Positions 1 through 9,968 of a DNA stretch of 64,000 nt are shown here, one piece after another. A program made the translations under genes and the position numbers. Origin of the DNA: Omnitrophica WOR_2 bacterium RIFOXYA2_FULL_38_17. Its GTDB lineage: Bacteria; Omnitrophota; Gorgyraeia; Zapsychrales; Zapsychraceae. The stretch is taken from NCBI GenBank assembly GCA_001805965.1, contig MHHG01000005.1:5279-69278 (forward strand), given 5' to 3'. The notes beneath the pieces were generated by a model, which made no database searches, was not told the origin of the DNA, and saw only the letters and a list, made by a program, of their open reading frames with translations. The stretch's first letter is position 1, and each line of letters begins with the position of its first letter.

Positions 1-1
1 T

Positions 2-919
2 GCTAAATGTAATTATTGTTATGCTACTTACTATGAACGTCCTGGTAATGATTTACCATTAATTGATATTAATAGGATAATAGACGATTTATCAGCAGCC
101 GGAACATTCAGGATCAATTTTGTTGGTGGAGAACCGTTAGTCAGAGATGATATCCACCAAATTATTTCTTATGCCAAAGATAAAAATATCAATTGTGCTC
201 TTACCACAAATGGACTATTAGTTAAACAAAATATCAAAACGCTTAAATTGCTTGACTCATTATGTTTCAGCATTGATGGCTGTGAAATAAATAATGACCT
301 TAACAGGGGGAAAGGTTCCTACAAAAAGGCTATCGAAGGATTGGAAATATGTAAAAATGAGAACATAAAAGTACAATTAAGCGCCGTACTAACAAAACAT
401 ACAGTAAATGATGTTGAACATATGGTAAACCTTGCTAGAAAGTATGATTGCAAAGTAGGATTTACAACATTAATTAGCCAGAATAGAGGACATAAAACTT
501 TTGATAATGATCTTCAGGCTGATATTGAACAGACAAAAAGTGCACTTAGACAGATAATTTTGCTGAAGGAAAATAATGCCCCGATATTGTTCTCTGTCGA
601 AACGTATAAAAACAGTTTATTATGGCCGGATTATAAGAAGGATATTTATTTCAAAGAAGAACCGGATTTTAAATATCCAAAATGTTATGCAGGAAAATAT
701 TTTTGTATTATTGATTACAACGGAGATATTTATCCTTGTCCTCAATTGATCGGAATATTTAAACCAAATAATATTCTAAAAAACGGATTTAAAGATGCTT
801 TTGATACTGCATCAAAGCATAGTTGTAATGCATGCTCAATGCCTTGTTCAAACGAATTTAGCATGTTTTTTGATCTTAACCCAAGAGTAATGTTCGACCT
901 ATTCATCAACAGGGAATGA
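2..919 (+). CDS. Radical SAM/SPASM-domain protein, 5' partial (start lies upstream of the window)
   Basis: The reading frame runs in from position 2 (AKCNYCYA..., the CxxC remainder of the CX3CX2C motif). It has the FVGGEPLV motif and a Cys-rich C-terminal SPASM-like segment (CYAGKYFC...YPCP...CNACSMPC). It is the same frame as track ORF 248..919 with no stop before it. Confidence 0.7.
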   Translation, partial: AKCNYCYATYYERPGNDLPLIDINRIIDDLSAAGTFRINFVGGEPLVRDDIHQIISYAKDKNINCALTTNGLLVKQNIKTLKLLDSLCFSIDGCEINNDLNRGKGSYKKAIEGLEICKNENIKVQLSAVLTKHTVNDVEHMVNLARKYDCKVGFTTLISQNRGHKTFDNDLQADIEQTKSALRQIILLKENNAPILFSVETYKNSLLWPDYKKDIYFKEEPDFKYPKCYAGKYFCIIDYNGDIYPCPQLIGIFKPNNILKNGFKDAFDTASKHSCNACSMPCSNEFSMFFDLNPRVMFDLFINRE

Positions 920-925
920 ATCAGT

Positions 926-1909
926 ATGTCTTTTTATAATAGAATAAAATCAGTTAATAGTTATATTAACGGTAAAACAACATCAGGCAATGTTTACCGC
1001 CTCGTAATAGAAATCAGCAATGCATGCAATCTGAAATGTTCAATGTGCCCAAGAAATAACATGGAACGTAAAGTTGAATTTATGACCAGCCAAGCATTTG
1101 AATCTATTATTAAAGACAATAAAGAAACTCTTGAATTTGTAAGCTTAAATGGTTACGGTGAACCTTTAATGCACCCGGAACTTTCAAGGTTCTTGAATAT
1201 TTGCAAGACATATAAGATTAAATCTGGCATTTCAACAAACTGCACCTTGCTTGATGAAAAAAGATCAAGAGAACTGCTAGAAAATCCCCCTGATTTAATT
1301 ATTCTTGCAATTGATGGAGCCACATCTGAAACTTATGAGGAGGTAAGGGTTGGTGCAAAATTTGACATTGTAATTAAAAATGTTAAACGTTTCCTGGGTA
1401 TGCGGAAAGGATACAACAAGAAACCTTTCGTAGTTCTCCAGTTTATTTATATGACAGAAACAAAATCACAAATTAACAAATTCAAAGGACTTTTTAACGG
1501 ATATGATTATGATTCGATTAGAATACGACAGTTAACACATTCCGGACGGAACAGGACAGATTCAAACTATAACAATTCTATGGGTTCTTGTTCATGGATA
1601 TGGAACGAACCAATGATATTGAGCGATGGAACTCTTGTCCCTTGTTGCCAAGATGTTAATGGCATTCTTAAATTAGGGAACATATTTAATGATCCCTTAA
1701 GTACGCTGTGGAATACTGGCTCTATTAATTCATTAAGGGAGAAGCATTCTTGTAATTTGCGCAAAACAATAAATTTATGCGAGCAATGTAATATGTATCA
1801 GCCCAGCTGGCCATTATTATTATGCAGCACCTTGTTTAACACAAAAGACCTAAATATGATCTTACCCTATGTTGAAACAATGCTTTCAATGCACAGATAT
1901 TGCAAATAA
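926..1909 (+). CDS. Radical SAM/SPASM-domain protein
   Basis: ISNACNLKCSMCPRN is a CX3CX2C motif. The GYGEPL motif is present. The C-terminal Cys cluster (LVPCCQDVNG, CNL...CEQCNMY) is SPASM/twitch-like. Confidence 0.7.
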   Translation: MSFYNRIKSVNSYINGKTTSGNVYRLVIEISNACNLKCSMCPRNNMERKVEFMTSQAFESIIKDNKETLEFVSLNGYGEPLMHPELSRFLNICKTYKIKSGISTNCTLLDEKRSRELLENPPDLIILAIDGATSETYEEVRVGAKFDIVIKNVKRFLGMRKGYNKKPFVVLQFIYMTETKSQINKFKGLFNGYDYDSIRIRQLTHSGRNRTDSNYNNSMGSCSWIWNEPMILSDGTLVPCCQDVNGILKLGNIFNDPLSTLWNTGSINSLREKHSCNLRKTINLCEQCNMYQPSWPLLLCSTLFNTKDLNMILPYVETMLSMHRYCK

Positions 1910-1918
1910 GGAACTTAA

Positions 1919-3283
1919 TTGAAACAAAAAGTCTTATTAGTTACTTCTCCGGCTATTCAAAAGAACAATTTTTGGACTTGTTCAATAACCAGCCCAATTG
2001 GCAGCATAATGCCTCCATGTGACTTGGCTTCAATAGCAGCTGTTTTACGTAAGAATAATATCGAGCCCAAAATACTCGAGATGCGTCATTTTAAAGACCC
2101 AATTCAAGCATTAAAGAATGAGGTCGCCGTTTTTCAACCTGATGCAATAGTCACTAATATTGGAACTGCCTCCGCAATTGAGGATTTTGAGATATTAGCA
2201 GCAGCTAAAGATACTGTTGAAAAACGTATTTGTTTCTGCTTTCATGCAATGGCGCTACCGGATGAACTGTTTGAAAAAGGGGCTACACATATTCTTGCCG
2301 GAGACCCTGAATATAGCATTGTAGCGGCAGTTCGTGGAGAGACCCTTGAAAAAGGCCTTTGGACAAAAGAAACAATCAAGAGAGAACCTGCCTGGATATC
2401 AGACCTTGATTCACTTCCTTTCCCGGCTTTAGACCTGATTGATATTGATGCATATCATGCACTTATCATGGGTAAAAATAGATTTGCGATATTGCTAAGC
2501 AATAGGGGGTGCCCTTATGAATGTCCGTATTGCGTTCTTCCGTTTCTATTTGGGCATAAGTTTAGAACAATGTCTGTTGATCGAGTAATTTCTGAGATCG
2601 AGCACAACATAAAGGAATTCGGCATCCGCTCATTTTTCTTTATTGATTCTGCCATCAATATAAATCCTCAATGGACCATGGAATTCTGTAAAGAAATACA
2701 AAGAAGAAACCTTAAGATACGCTGGTGCAGCAATATGAGAATTCCCCCTGTAACGAAAGAACTTTTGTATGAAATGAAAAAAGCAGGTTGTTTTCGTCTA
2801 TTCTATGGAGTAGAGGACCTTGACCTTTTAGAAAGATTGGACCGAAGAACAACAACAACTGCAACAAAAGAAGCTTTTGCATTAACTAGATCAGCAGGCA
2901 TAGAAACTGTTGCGTTTATAATTTTATTTCCAGATATTGATACAAATGAGAAAGTTATGGCGAAACGTATTATAAAAATGGTCTCAGACCTAAAAGCAGA
3001 TGCTATTCAGTGCAATATTGCAATTCCATATCCCGGCTCAAAAATGTATAATGAGTATATTGATAAATACAATATGTCAAAAAACTGGCAATTATATGAT
3101 CCTGCGGGAAATAAATACCCTTATAAAAGCAAACTGGATCTAGTAAAAACCAGACAATTGATATATTTGGGATTTTTCTTAAAAAATCCGATATATGTTT
3201 GGAATATAGTCAAGAACGCTAGCCTGCGCTCAATATTTACTTTTTTAAAAAATGCAACAATAGTGCTTTTCAATAGAAAATAA
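1919..3283 (+). CDS. Class B (B12-binding domain) radical SAM protein
   Basis: The N-terminal region looks like a B12-binding domain. The radical SAM motif is LSNRGCPYECPYC (CX3CX2C). A TTG start is supported by an AAGGA RBS 6 nt upstream. Confidence 0.65.
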   Translation: MKQKVLLVTSPAIQKNNFWTCSITSPIGSIMPPCDLASIAAVLRKNNIEPKILEMRHFKDPIQALKNEVAVFQPDAIVTNIGTASAIEDFEILAAAKDTVEKRICFCFHAMALPDELFEKGATHILAGDPEYSIVAAVRGETLEKGLWTKETIKREPAWISDLDSLPFPALDLIDIDAYHALIMGKNRFAILLSNRGCPYECPYCVLPFLFGHKFRTMSVDRVISEIEHNIKEFGIRSFFFIDSAININPQWTMEFCKEIQRRNLKIRWCSNMRIPPVTKELLYEMKKAGCFRLFYGVEDLDLLERLDRRTTTTATKEAFALTRSAGIETVAFIILFPDIDTNEKVMAKRIIKMVSDLKADAIQCNIAIPYPGSKMYNEYIDKYNMSKNWQLYDPAGNKYPYKSKLDLVKTRQLIYLGFFLKNPIYVWNIVKNASLRSIFTFLKNATIVLFNRK

Positions 3284-3287
3284 TATA

Positions 3288-4685
3288 ATGCGAATTATTC
3301 TACTATCACCACCATATTTACCGGAATACATGAGAAACGCCCGCTGTGATTTTGTTTCCATCTCTGCAACGCAATGGTACCCAATATTACTTGGTTATTG
3401 CGGAGCCTATCTGGAATACGAAGGACATACTGTAAAACTTATTGATGCCCCTGCCGCAGGATTAAACCATTCTCAAACAAAAATAATGATAGAAGAATGG
3501 TGCCCCAATCTTATCGTTCTTTATACCGGCAGAATGAGCGAAGACAATGACATCGCATTTGCTGAATCAATTATTGGATCAGTTAAATGTGACTGTGTTA
3601 TTGTGGGCCCTTATGCAAATATTGATCCTAAGGCTACTTTATCAAAATCAAAGATCATTAATAAGCTGGTAGCTGGAGAATTTGAACATCCTGTCGGGGA
3701 AATAGCTGGAGGCGTTGATCTTGGAAGCATTAAAAATCTGATATTCCGGAATGATGATACTATTCAAATAAACCCTACAAGAGAATATCTCACTACTGCA
3801 CAGCTTGATGAAATACCTTTCGTTTCAAGATTTTTTAGCAAGCAGCTCGATGAAAAATGGTACAAAACCCCATCTGAGTATTATCCTTATATTGACATTC
3901 TGACAGGAAGAGGCTGTAAATATGGACAATGCACTTACTGTTTGTGGGTTAATAGTTACGTTAAAGGCTCCACATATAACACAAGAAGCATAAACAATGT
4001 AATTGAAGAGTTTAAATATATTGAAAAAGAACTTCCTCATATCAGATCAGTTATGATACAAGATGATACTTTTACTGAAACAAGAGCAAGAGAGTTTAGC
4101 GATCAAATAATCAATTATGATATAAAGCTCCCATGGTCTTGTTATGCCCGAGCAAACATGAGCTACGGAACGATGCTCCTCATGAAAAAAGCTAATTGCA
4201 GGAATATCCACGTTGGTTATGAATCTGGCGACCCAAACATCCTGACCAGAATAAAAAAGGGGATTAGCATTGAAAGAATGATACGCTTTTCTCAAGATGC
4301 AAAAAAAGCCGGCTTACGAGTTCATGCTGATTTTGCGTTTGGATTTCCCGGAGAAACACCTGAAAACGCAAAAAAAACTGTTGAGTTAGCTTATAGAATG
4401 AACCCTCACACTTGCCAATTTCAAATAATGATACCCTTTCCAGGTACTCCATTTTATGACGAAATGAAGAAAAATGGATGGCTCAATAAGGATGGGCAAC
4501 CAGACATGCCGCAGTTCACAAATGACCAGATCAGAGAAGTTGCTAAATATGCATACAAAAGACTTTATATAAGTCCTAATTATTTGATCAAATGCATATG
4601 CCACCCATATGAGCACTTTTTTGCTAGAATAAAAGCCATTTCGCGAGCGATACCTGCATTATTCTGGAAAAAGTGGTCTTTATAA
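3288..4685 (+). CDS. Class B (B12-binding domain) radical SAM protein, variant CX4CX2C motif
   Basis: The motif ILTGRGCKYGQCTYC has C-x4-C-x2-C spacing. It is preceded by an N-terminal B12-binding-like domain. It is a paralog of 1919..3283 and of 43366..44805. Confidence 0.6.
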   Translation: MRIILLSPPYLPEYMRNARCDFVSISATQWYPILLGYCGAYLEYEGHTVKLIDAPAAGLNHSQTKIMIEEWCPNLIVLYTGRMSEDNDIAFAESIIGSVKCDCVIVGPYANIDPKATLSKSKIINKLVAGEFEHPVGEIAGGVDLGSIKNLIFRNDDTIQINPTREYLTTAQLDEIPFVSRFFSKQLDEKWYKTPSEYYPYIDILTGRGCKYGQCTYCLWVNSYVKGSTYNTRSINNVIEEFKYIEKELPHIRSVMIQDDTFTETRAREFSDQIINYDIKLPWSCYARANMSYGTMLLMKKANCRNIHVGYESGDPNILTRIKKGISIERMIRFSQDAKKAGLRVHADFAFGFPGETPENAKKTVELAYRMNPHTCQFQIMIPFPGTPFYDEMKKNGWLNKDGQPDMPQFTNDQIREVAKYAYKRLYISPNYLIKCICHPYEHFFARIKAISRAIPALFWKKWSL

Positions 4686-4775
4686 AATACTTTGTTTTTA
4701 TTATACGAATGATCATCACAAAATTACCTCATATATTCCTTGCATAGATTTTAATAATAGTAATAATATTAATTA

Positions 4776-6449
4776 ATGTTAAGTAAACTCATCCAAAAAC
4801 ACAAATTGATCATTGTTACATTAGCTTTAGTTCTTTCAACAATATTGCTAAAAAGAATATCTTATAGCTTTATTTTTCCTATTTTGTTCTTTTTGGGAAT
4901 TTCAAACAAAAAAGATATCTCTTACAGAAGAGGGCTGATCTTGCTAGCTTTCACAATTGTAGCAATAGGAATGTTCTCTTATGTAATGAACAATTCATTA
5001 GGCCGAGATGAAAACATGTATCTAACTTCATCCAAACTAATGGCATCCCAATCTTTGTACACTGATTTCGCATATTTCCAAATGCCCTATTTCCCGATCA
5101 TCACAGGCAATCTTTTTAAATTATTTAAAATTACCCATTATTTACTATTTGGAAGAATAATTGCTTTTGCCGCCATATTTTCATCTTCAATATTTATTTA
5201 CCTGATCTCAATTAAGCTTACAGGAAGTAAGTTCATATCGCTTACAAGCATGCTGATATTTTCTTTGAATGAAACAATTGTTAGGGCCTGCGGCTATGCA
5301 TGGAATCATGTTATGCCGATTACTTTTCTTTTAATTGCTTTACATTTTTATTTGAACAGCTACGTTGAGAACTCAAGATACAGGAGATTGTTTTTTTGCG
5401 GATCCTTTGCTGCTCTAGCTTCTGGAACAAAACTTTTCTATATTTCAACAACAATACCACTATTAATTTTTACTATATTCTATCCAAAGAAAATATCATA
5501 TAAGAATTATCTTAGAACTGAACTAACATCATTTATTTCTGGATTATTTGTTGGGTCATTTCCTATTTTTTATTATCTGTTTCGTAACCCCGAGATATTT
5601 ATTTTTAATAATTTCAAATATCACGATCTAAATTCACTATGGTACAAAGAAATTGGAACTTTTTCGCCAATATCCTTAAAACAAAAATTATACGCCGCAA
5701 AAGTTCTTTTGTTAAACAACTCAAATTTTTTTCCAACAGCAATAACAATCTTTTTTATAATAACCCTCTTGGTTTCTTTGACAAAACGAGAGAAGCCTAA
5801 TCTAAATTTTAAAATTAATTATATTGGCCTTTCTGCTTCAATGCTTATATTTGCGATAATTGTCGTATTTTTGCCTTCACCAATCCAAGAACTGTACTTT
5901 ATATTGCCATTTACTTTAATGCTATTCTTAACATTATGCTTTTACAACTCAATACCAAACCACTGTAATATTTATTTCAGAAGCATTTTTCTAGCAACAT
6001 CAATTATAGTTATGTTTTCTGGTGGACCTAGGCTCTTTCGTTATGCAGATGGGAGAACTTTTAGAACAGAGGGTTGGCGGGGCATGATAGTGCACCAAAC
6101 AGCAAATGAGATCAAAAAGAACATTCCTAACATGAAATCAATTGACTGCATCGCAACATTATCGCCTTTATACGCAATAGAATCTCAAACAAATATATAT
6201 AATGAATTTTCAACTGGACCCTTTTTGTATCGTGTCGGCCATTTTATTGATAAAAAGCTATTAGCAAGATATAAAGGAACATCAAAGATCCATTTGAATA
6301 CTTTTTTAGATGCTCAAGAACCTAAAGCTATCCTCGTCGGACACGATAAGCTAGTTGAGCAGCCCTTTATCGATTATGCTAATTCAAGAGGATATTTAAA
6401 GGTCGACAAGGATTTTGATGGCTTAACTTTATACATTTTAAACAAATAA
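4776..6449 (+). CDS. Polytopic membrane protein, GT-C-fold glycosyltransferase-like (ArnT/PMT-like)
   Basis: It has at least 10 predicted TM helices and an early loop with GRDENMY (a DE-type motif). Its size and topology resemble GT39/GT83 enzymes. Confidence 0.45.
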   Translation: MLSKLIQKHKLIIVTLALVLSTILLKRISYSFIFPILFFLGISNKKDISYRRGLILLAFTIVAIGMFSYVMNNSLGRDENMYLTSSKLMASQSLYTDFAYFQMPYFPIITGNLFKLFKITHYLLFGRIIAFAAIFSSSIFIYLISIKLTGSKFISLTSMLIFSLNETIVRACGYAWNHVMPITFLLIALHFYLNSYVENSRYRRLFFCGSFAALASGTKLFYISTTIPLLIFTIFYPKKISYKNYLRTELTSFISGLFVGSFPIFYYLFRNPEIFIFNNFKYHDLNSLWYKEIGTFSPISLKQKLYAAKVLLLNNSNFFPTAITIFFIITLLVSLTKREKPNLNFKINYIGLSASMLIFAIIVVFLPSPIQELYFILPFTLMLFLTLCFYNSIPNHCNIYFRSIFLATSIIVMFSGGPRLFRYADGRTFRTEGWRGMIVHQTANEIKKNIPNMKSIDCIATLSPLYAIESQTNIYNEFSTGPFLYRVGHFIDKKLLARYKGTSKIHLNTFLDAQEPKAILVGHDKLVEQPFIDYANSRGYLKVDKDFDGLTLYILNK

Positions 6450-6468
6450 TATTTTTCAGGAGATCTTC

Positions 6469-7335
6469 ATGAAACACTTGTTTATCGCATTACGGCCAAA
6501 GCACTGGATAAAAAATATGTTTATTTTTTTACCGCTTATATTTGGAAAAAAATTATTCATAAGCCCCTTGAACACTAATACTGTGCTGGCATTTTTCTTA
6601 TTTTCTATAGCAGCTAGTGCTGTATACCTGATGAATGACATAATTGACTGCGAAAAGGACAAAAAACATCCCGCAAAAAAAATGAGGCCCATTGCTGCAG
6701 GAAAGGTCAGCACTAATAAAGCAGTTATAACCTCAATTCTTCTGGGCTCAATAGCTATAGCAGGAGCATCTTTATTAAGCATTAAATTCTGTTCTATTAT
6801 CATGATCTATTTGATCGCAAATATAATATATTCAAAATTATTAAAAGAAGCTGTCATCATTGACGTATTTTGCATCGCTATATTCTTTTTTCTTCGTGTT
6901 TTAGCGGGAGGCATCATAGCAGAGACTGAAATATCTCATTGGCTTTTAATAATGACCACTTTAATAGCTTTGTTTTTAAGTTTGAACAAAAGAAGGCAGG
7001 AGCTGTTGATCACTGACCAAAATCTACAAGACAGAAGAGTCGTTCTTGATAAGTACAACACATATTTTATAGATCAAATGATCGCCGTTATTACTTCATC
7101 AGTTGTTATTTCATACATGCTTTACACTGTTGATGAAAGAACTGTAAGCGTATTTGGCACTAAAAATTTAATTTATTCTGTGCCGTTCGTATATTATGGC
7201 ATTTTTAGATATTTATATTTAATTCACAAAGCAAACGCTGATGGTGACCCTACAAAATTGTTTTTATCTGATTTTAAAATGCAGTTAAATGTTATATTGT
7301 GGCTTATCGTTTGCTCAGTTGTGATATATTTTTAA
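6469..7335 (+). CDS. UbiA-family prenyltransferase, decaprenyl-phosphate phosphoribosyltransferase-like
   Basis: The N-terminus LRPKHWIKNMFIFLPLIFG and the NDIIDCEKD (NDxxDxxxD) motif are typical of the Rv3806c/DPPR synthase subfamily. An AGGAG RBS sits upstream. Confidence 0.6.
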   Translation: MKHLFIALRPKHWIKNMFIFLPLIFGKKLFISPLNTNTVLAFFLFSIAASAVYLMNDIIDCEKDKKHPAKKMRPIAAGKVSTNKAVITSILLGSIAIAGASLLSIKFCSIIMIYLIANIIYSKLLKEAVIIDVFCIAIFFFLRVLAGGIIAETEISHWLLIMTTLIALFLSLNKRRQELLITDQNLQDRRVVLDKYNTYFIDQMIAVITSSVVISYMLYTVDERTVSVFGTKNLIYSVPFVYYGIFRYLYLIHKANADGDPTKLFLSDFKMQLNVILWLIVCSVVIYF

Positions 7336-7369
7336 AATGGTCTTAAAACTAACTTTGTAAGGAGAAAAT

Positions 7370-8407
7370 ATGAAGGTGCTTGTAACAGGTGGTTCAGGAT
7401 TTTTAGGCATAAACATGATAAGAAAACTTCTAGAGAAGGGCATAGAAGATATAGTATCTTTAGATCTGATCAAATTTGACTATCCGGAAATAGATAAGAT
7501 CAAAACCATAGTTGGAGATATCCGGAACATTGTTGATGTAGAAAAAGCTATGTCTGATATTGATATAGTAATTCACACTGCTGCCGCATTACCTTTATAC
7601 ACAAAAGAGGAGATTTACACAATTGATGTCGAGGGCACTCGAACACTCCTAAAAACTGCTCATAAGTTCAATGTCGATAGATTCATCATGATATCTTCAA
7701 CAGCAGTTTATGGAATACCAGACCATCATCCTTTGTATGAAGACGATAAACTTATTGGAGTTGGCCCATATGGTGAAGCTAAAATTAAAGCAGAAGAAGT
7801 CTGTTTTGAATTTAAGAAAAAAGGCATGTGTATCCCTATTCTTAGGCCAAAGTCCTTTATTGGCCCTGAAAGGCTTGGAGTTTTTGCACTCTTCTATGAT
7901 TGGGCCAAAGATGGCAAAGGTTTCCCCATGATCGGAAGCGGAAATAACAGATACCAACTCTTTGATGTAGAGGATCTTTGTGATTCAATTTATCTTTGCA
8001 TGACCAAAGAAAAATCTATAGTTAACGACATCTACAATGTTGGCGCTAAGGAATTCACTACAATGAAAGAAGATTACCAGGCAGTATTGGATAAAGCAGG
8101 CTTTGGCAAGAAGATCATAGGTTTTCCTGCCTGGCCAATGATAACCATATTAAGAATACTTGAATTCTTCAAATTGTCCCCATTGTATAAATGGGTGTAC
8201 GAAACTGCTTGTGAAGATTCATTTGTTTCAATAGAAAAAGCCGAACAAAAGCTCGGGTTCAAACCAAAGTATTCCAACAAAGATGCATTATTGAGAAATT
8301 ACAAATGGTACCTTGATAACTTTAAGAATTTTGAAGGTGCTTCGGGTATCTCCCATAGGGTTCCTTGGAAACAGGGGATATTGAGATTTTTTAAAATCTT
8401 TTTTTAA
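7370..8407 (+). CDS. NAD-dependent epimerase/dehydratase (extended SDR)
   Basis: The Rossmann motif VLVTGGSGFLG is present, with a YxxxK region and a strong AAGGAG RBS. Confidence 0.7.
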   Translation: MKVLVTGGSGFLGINMIRKLLEKGIEDIVSLDLIKFDYPEIDKIKTIVGDIRNIVDVEKAMSDIDIVIHTAAALPLYTKEEIYTIDVEGTRTLLKTAHKFNVDRFIMISSTAVYGIPDHHPLYEDDKLIGVGPYGEAKIKAEEVCFEFKKKGMCIPILRPKSFIGPERLGVFALFYDWAKDGKGFPMIGSGNNRYQLFDVEDLCDSIYLCMTKEKSIVNDIYNVGAKEFTTMKEDYQAVLDKAGFGKKIIGFPAWPMITILRILEFFKLSPLYKWVYETACEDSFVSIEKAEQKLGFKPKYSNKDALLRNYKWYLDNFKNFEGASGISHRVPWKQGILRFFKIFF

Positions 8408-8417
8408 AATATTATTT

Positions 8418-9968
8418 ATGCAAAAAAACATTCTTTATAAAATTGATAAAAACAGTTATTCAATATTAAATTTGTTTTTATTGTCAATTTGCGGAATACT
8501 TCTTGTTTTATTCTTAACACCATCTGGCCTGTATCTTTCCAACGATTCTGTTTCCTATATATGCACCTCAAGGAATATTCTAGCTGGCAAAGGAATAATG
8601 ATCGCTAATAAATCAAATATATTAGTACCCTTACCGTATTTTCCTCCGCTTGTTCCAATGACATTCTCTTTGTTCGGATCGTTAAACAATGATCTGCTGT
8701 ATGTTGCCAGAATATTAAATGCCTTTTGTTTTGGATCAACTATCTTTTTAGTAGGTTTTATTGTTAATAAATTCTCAAATTCGAGAATATTATATCTACC
8801 GGCCTCACTGTTTATCTTGCTCTCTTTGCACCTTGTAAGAATCCACACTTGGCTTTGGAGTGAACCACTTTTCTATATATTCATGACATCAAGCTTTCTG
8901 TCCCTAGCAATTTATTATGATGAAAAATCATTAAAGGCATTTTATATATCAGCAATTTGTGCATCTCTGGCATTCTCAATACGTTATGCAGGTGTCATGG
9001 TAGTCATATCTAATTGTTTAGCTATTATGCTTATAACAACTAAAAAACCTTCTAAAAGATTTAAACAATCCTTCCTTTACGGATTGATTGGCGTTTCCTT
9101 TACATTCACATGGGTTATTTTTAGTAAATATTTTCAAACCATGCACTCAGGCAAAAAATTGATAGTTGATTCATCGTACTTGTTTAATTTCGAAAGCGGA
9201 TTATCTGTTATAAGCGAATGGTTCTTGCCTGGCAGAATTTCATTTCCAATATTTGGAGCTATTTTATTCTTATTATTCCTTATCATATTTTTTAAACAAC
9301 TATACCTTAACTTTAAATCACCGAACAAAACAAATTTCATTACAATAATTTCTGGCTTATATATAATTTCTTATATTTCTTTTCTTTTGATAATTAACCT
9401 TTATACTTTAATACTTTTTGACCCTAGAATCGTATCTTCATTGTTTATAGCTTCAATAATATTCATTTTCACAATTAAATCTAACAATTCACAACCTTTA
9501 TTCAATGCTAGTTCAATTTTGATTTATATTATGCTGTCTATATTAATTTCTTATCCAATACGTATATTAAGGCATGTGAAATATGCACAAAATAAAAACA
9601 TGTCTGTTTTAAACAAGTACAAGAACAATCATAAAGTTCTTGAAGAACTTGACTCATTGCCAAACAATTCTTTGATCTACACGAATATCCCAGGATTGTT
9701 TAAGCTATTCACTTCAAAAGCAGTAAGACAAATACCAAATAAATCGATGACGATTTATGCTGCAGACAATAAGAGGATCCTTGGTGAAACAGATGAATTC
9801 TTGAGCTCTATAAGAAGCAAAAACGTTTTTATTGTATATTTTGAAGATATTGAGTTTAAGGAAACAATGTATTCAGAAGAATACCTAAGAAAACATTTAA
9901 ACATTGATTTTATTAAATCTTTTGATGGTGTTTCAATTTACAAATCAAGAACAAATCTACCGTTATGA
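8418..9968 (+). CDS. Polytopic membrane protein, possible GT-C glycosyltransferase
   Basis: It has many TM helices over a 516-aa length and sits in the glycan island. Its stop overlaps the next start in an ATGA arrangement. Confidence 0.35.
   Translation: MQKNILYKIDKNSYSILNLFLLSICGILLVLFLTPSGLYLSNDSVSYICTSRNILAGKGIMIANKSNILVPLPYFPPLVPMTFSLFGSLNNDLLYVARILNAFCFGSTIFLVGFIVNKFSNSRILYLPASLFILLSLHLVRIHTWLWSEPLFYIFMTSSFLSLAIYYDEKSLKAFYISAICASLAFSIRYAGVMVVISNCLAIMLITTKKPSKRFKQSFLYGLIGVSFTFTWVIFSKYFQTMHSGKKLIVDSSYLFNFESGLSVISEWFLPGRISFPIFGAILFLLFLIIFFKQLYLNFKSPNKTNFITIISGLYIISYISFLLIINLYTLILFDPRIVSSLFIASIIFIFTIKSNNSQPLFNASSILIYIMLSILISYPIRILRHVKYAQNKNMSVLNKYKNNHKVLEELDSLPNNSLIYTNIPGLFKLFTSKAVRQIPNKSMTIYAADNKRILGETDEFLSSIRSKNVFIVYFEDIEFKETMYSEEYLRKHLNIDFIKSFDGVSIYKSRTNLPL

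Noticed and set aside
3825-4616. Four minus-strand ORFs (62-82 aa) antisense to the B12-radical SAM gene 3288..4685
   Set aside because: They lie wholly inside a well-supported + strand CDS with clear radical SAM motifs. They have no RBS or homology signal and are AT-rich antisense artefacts.
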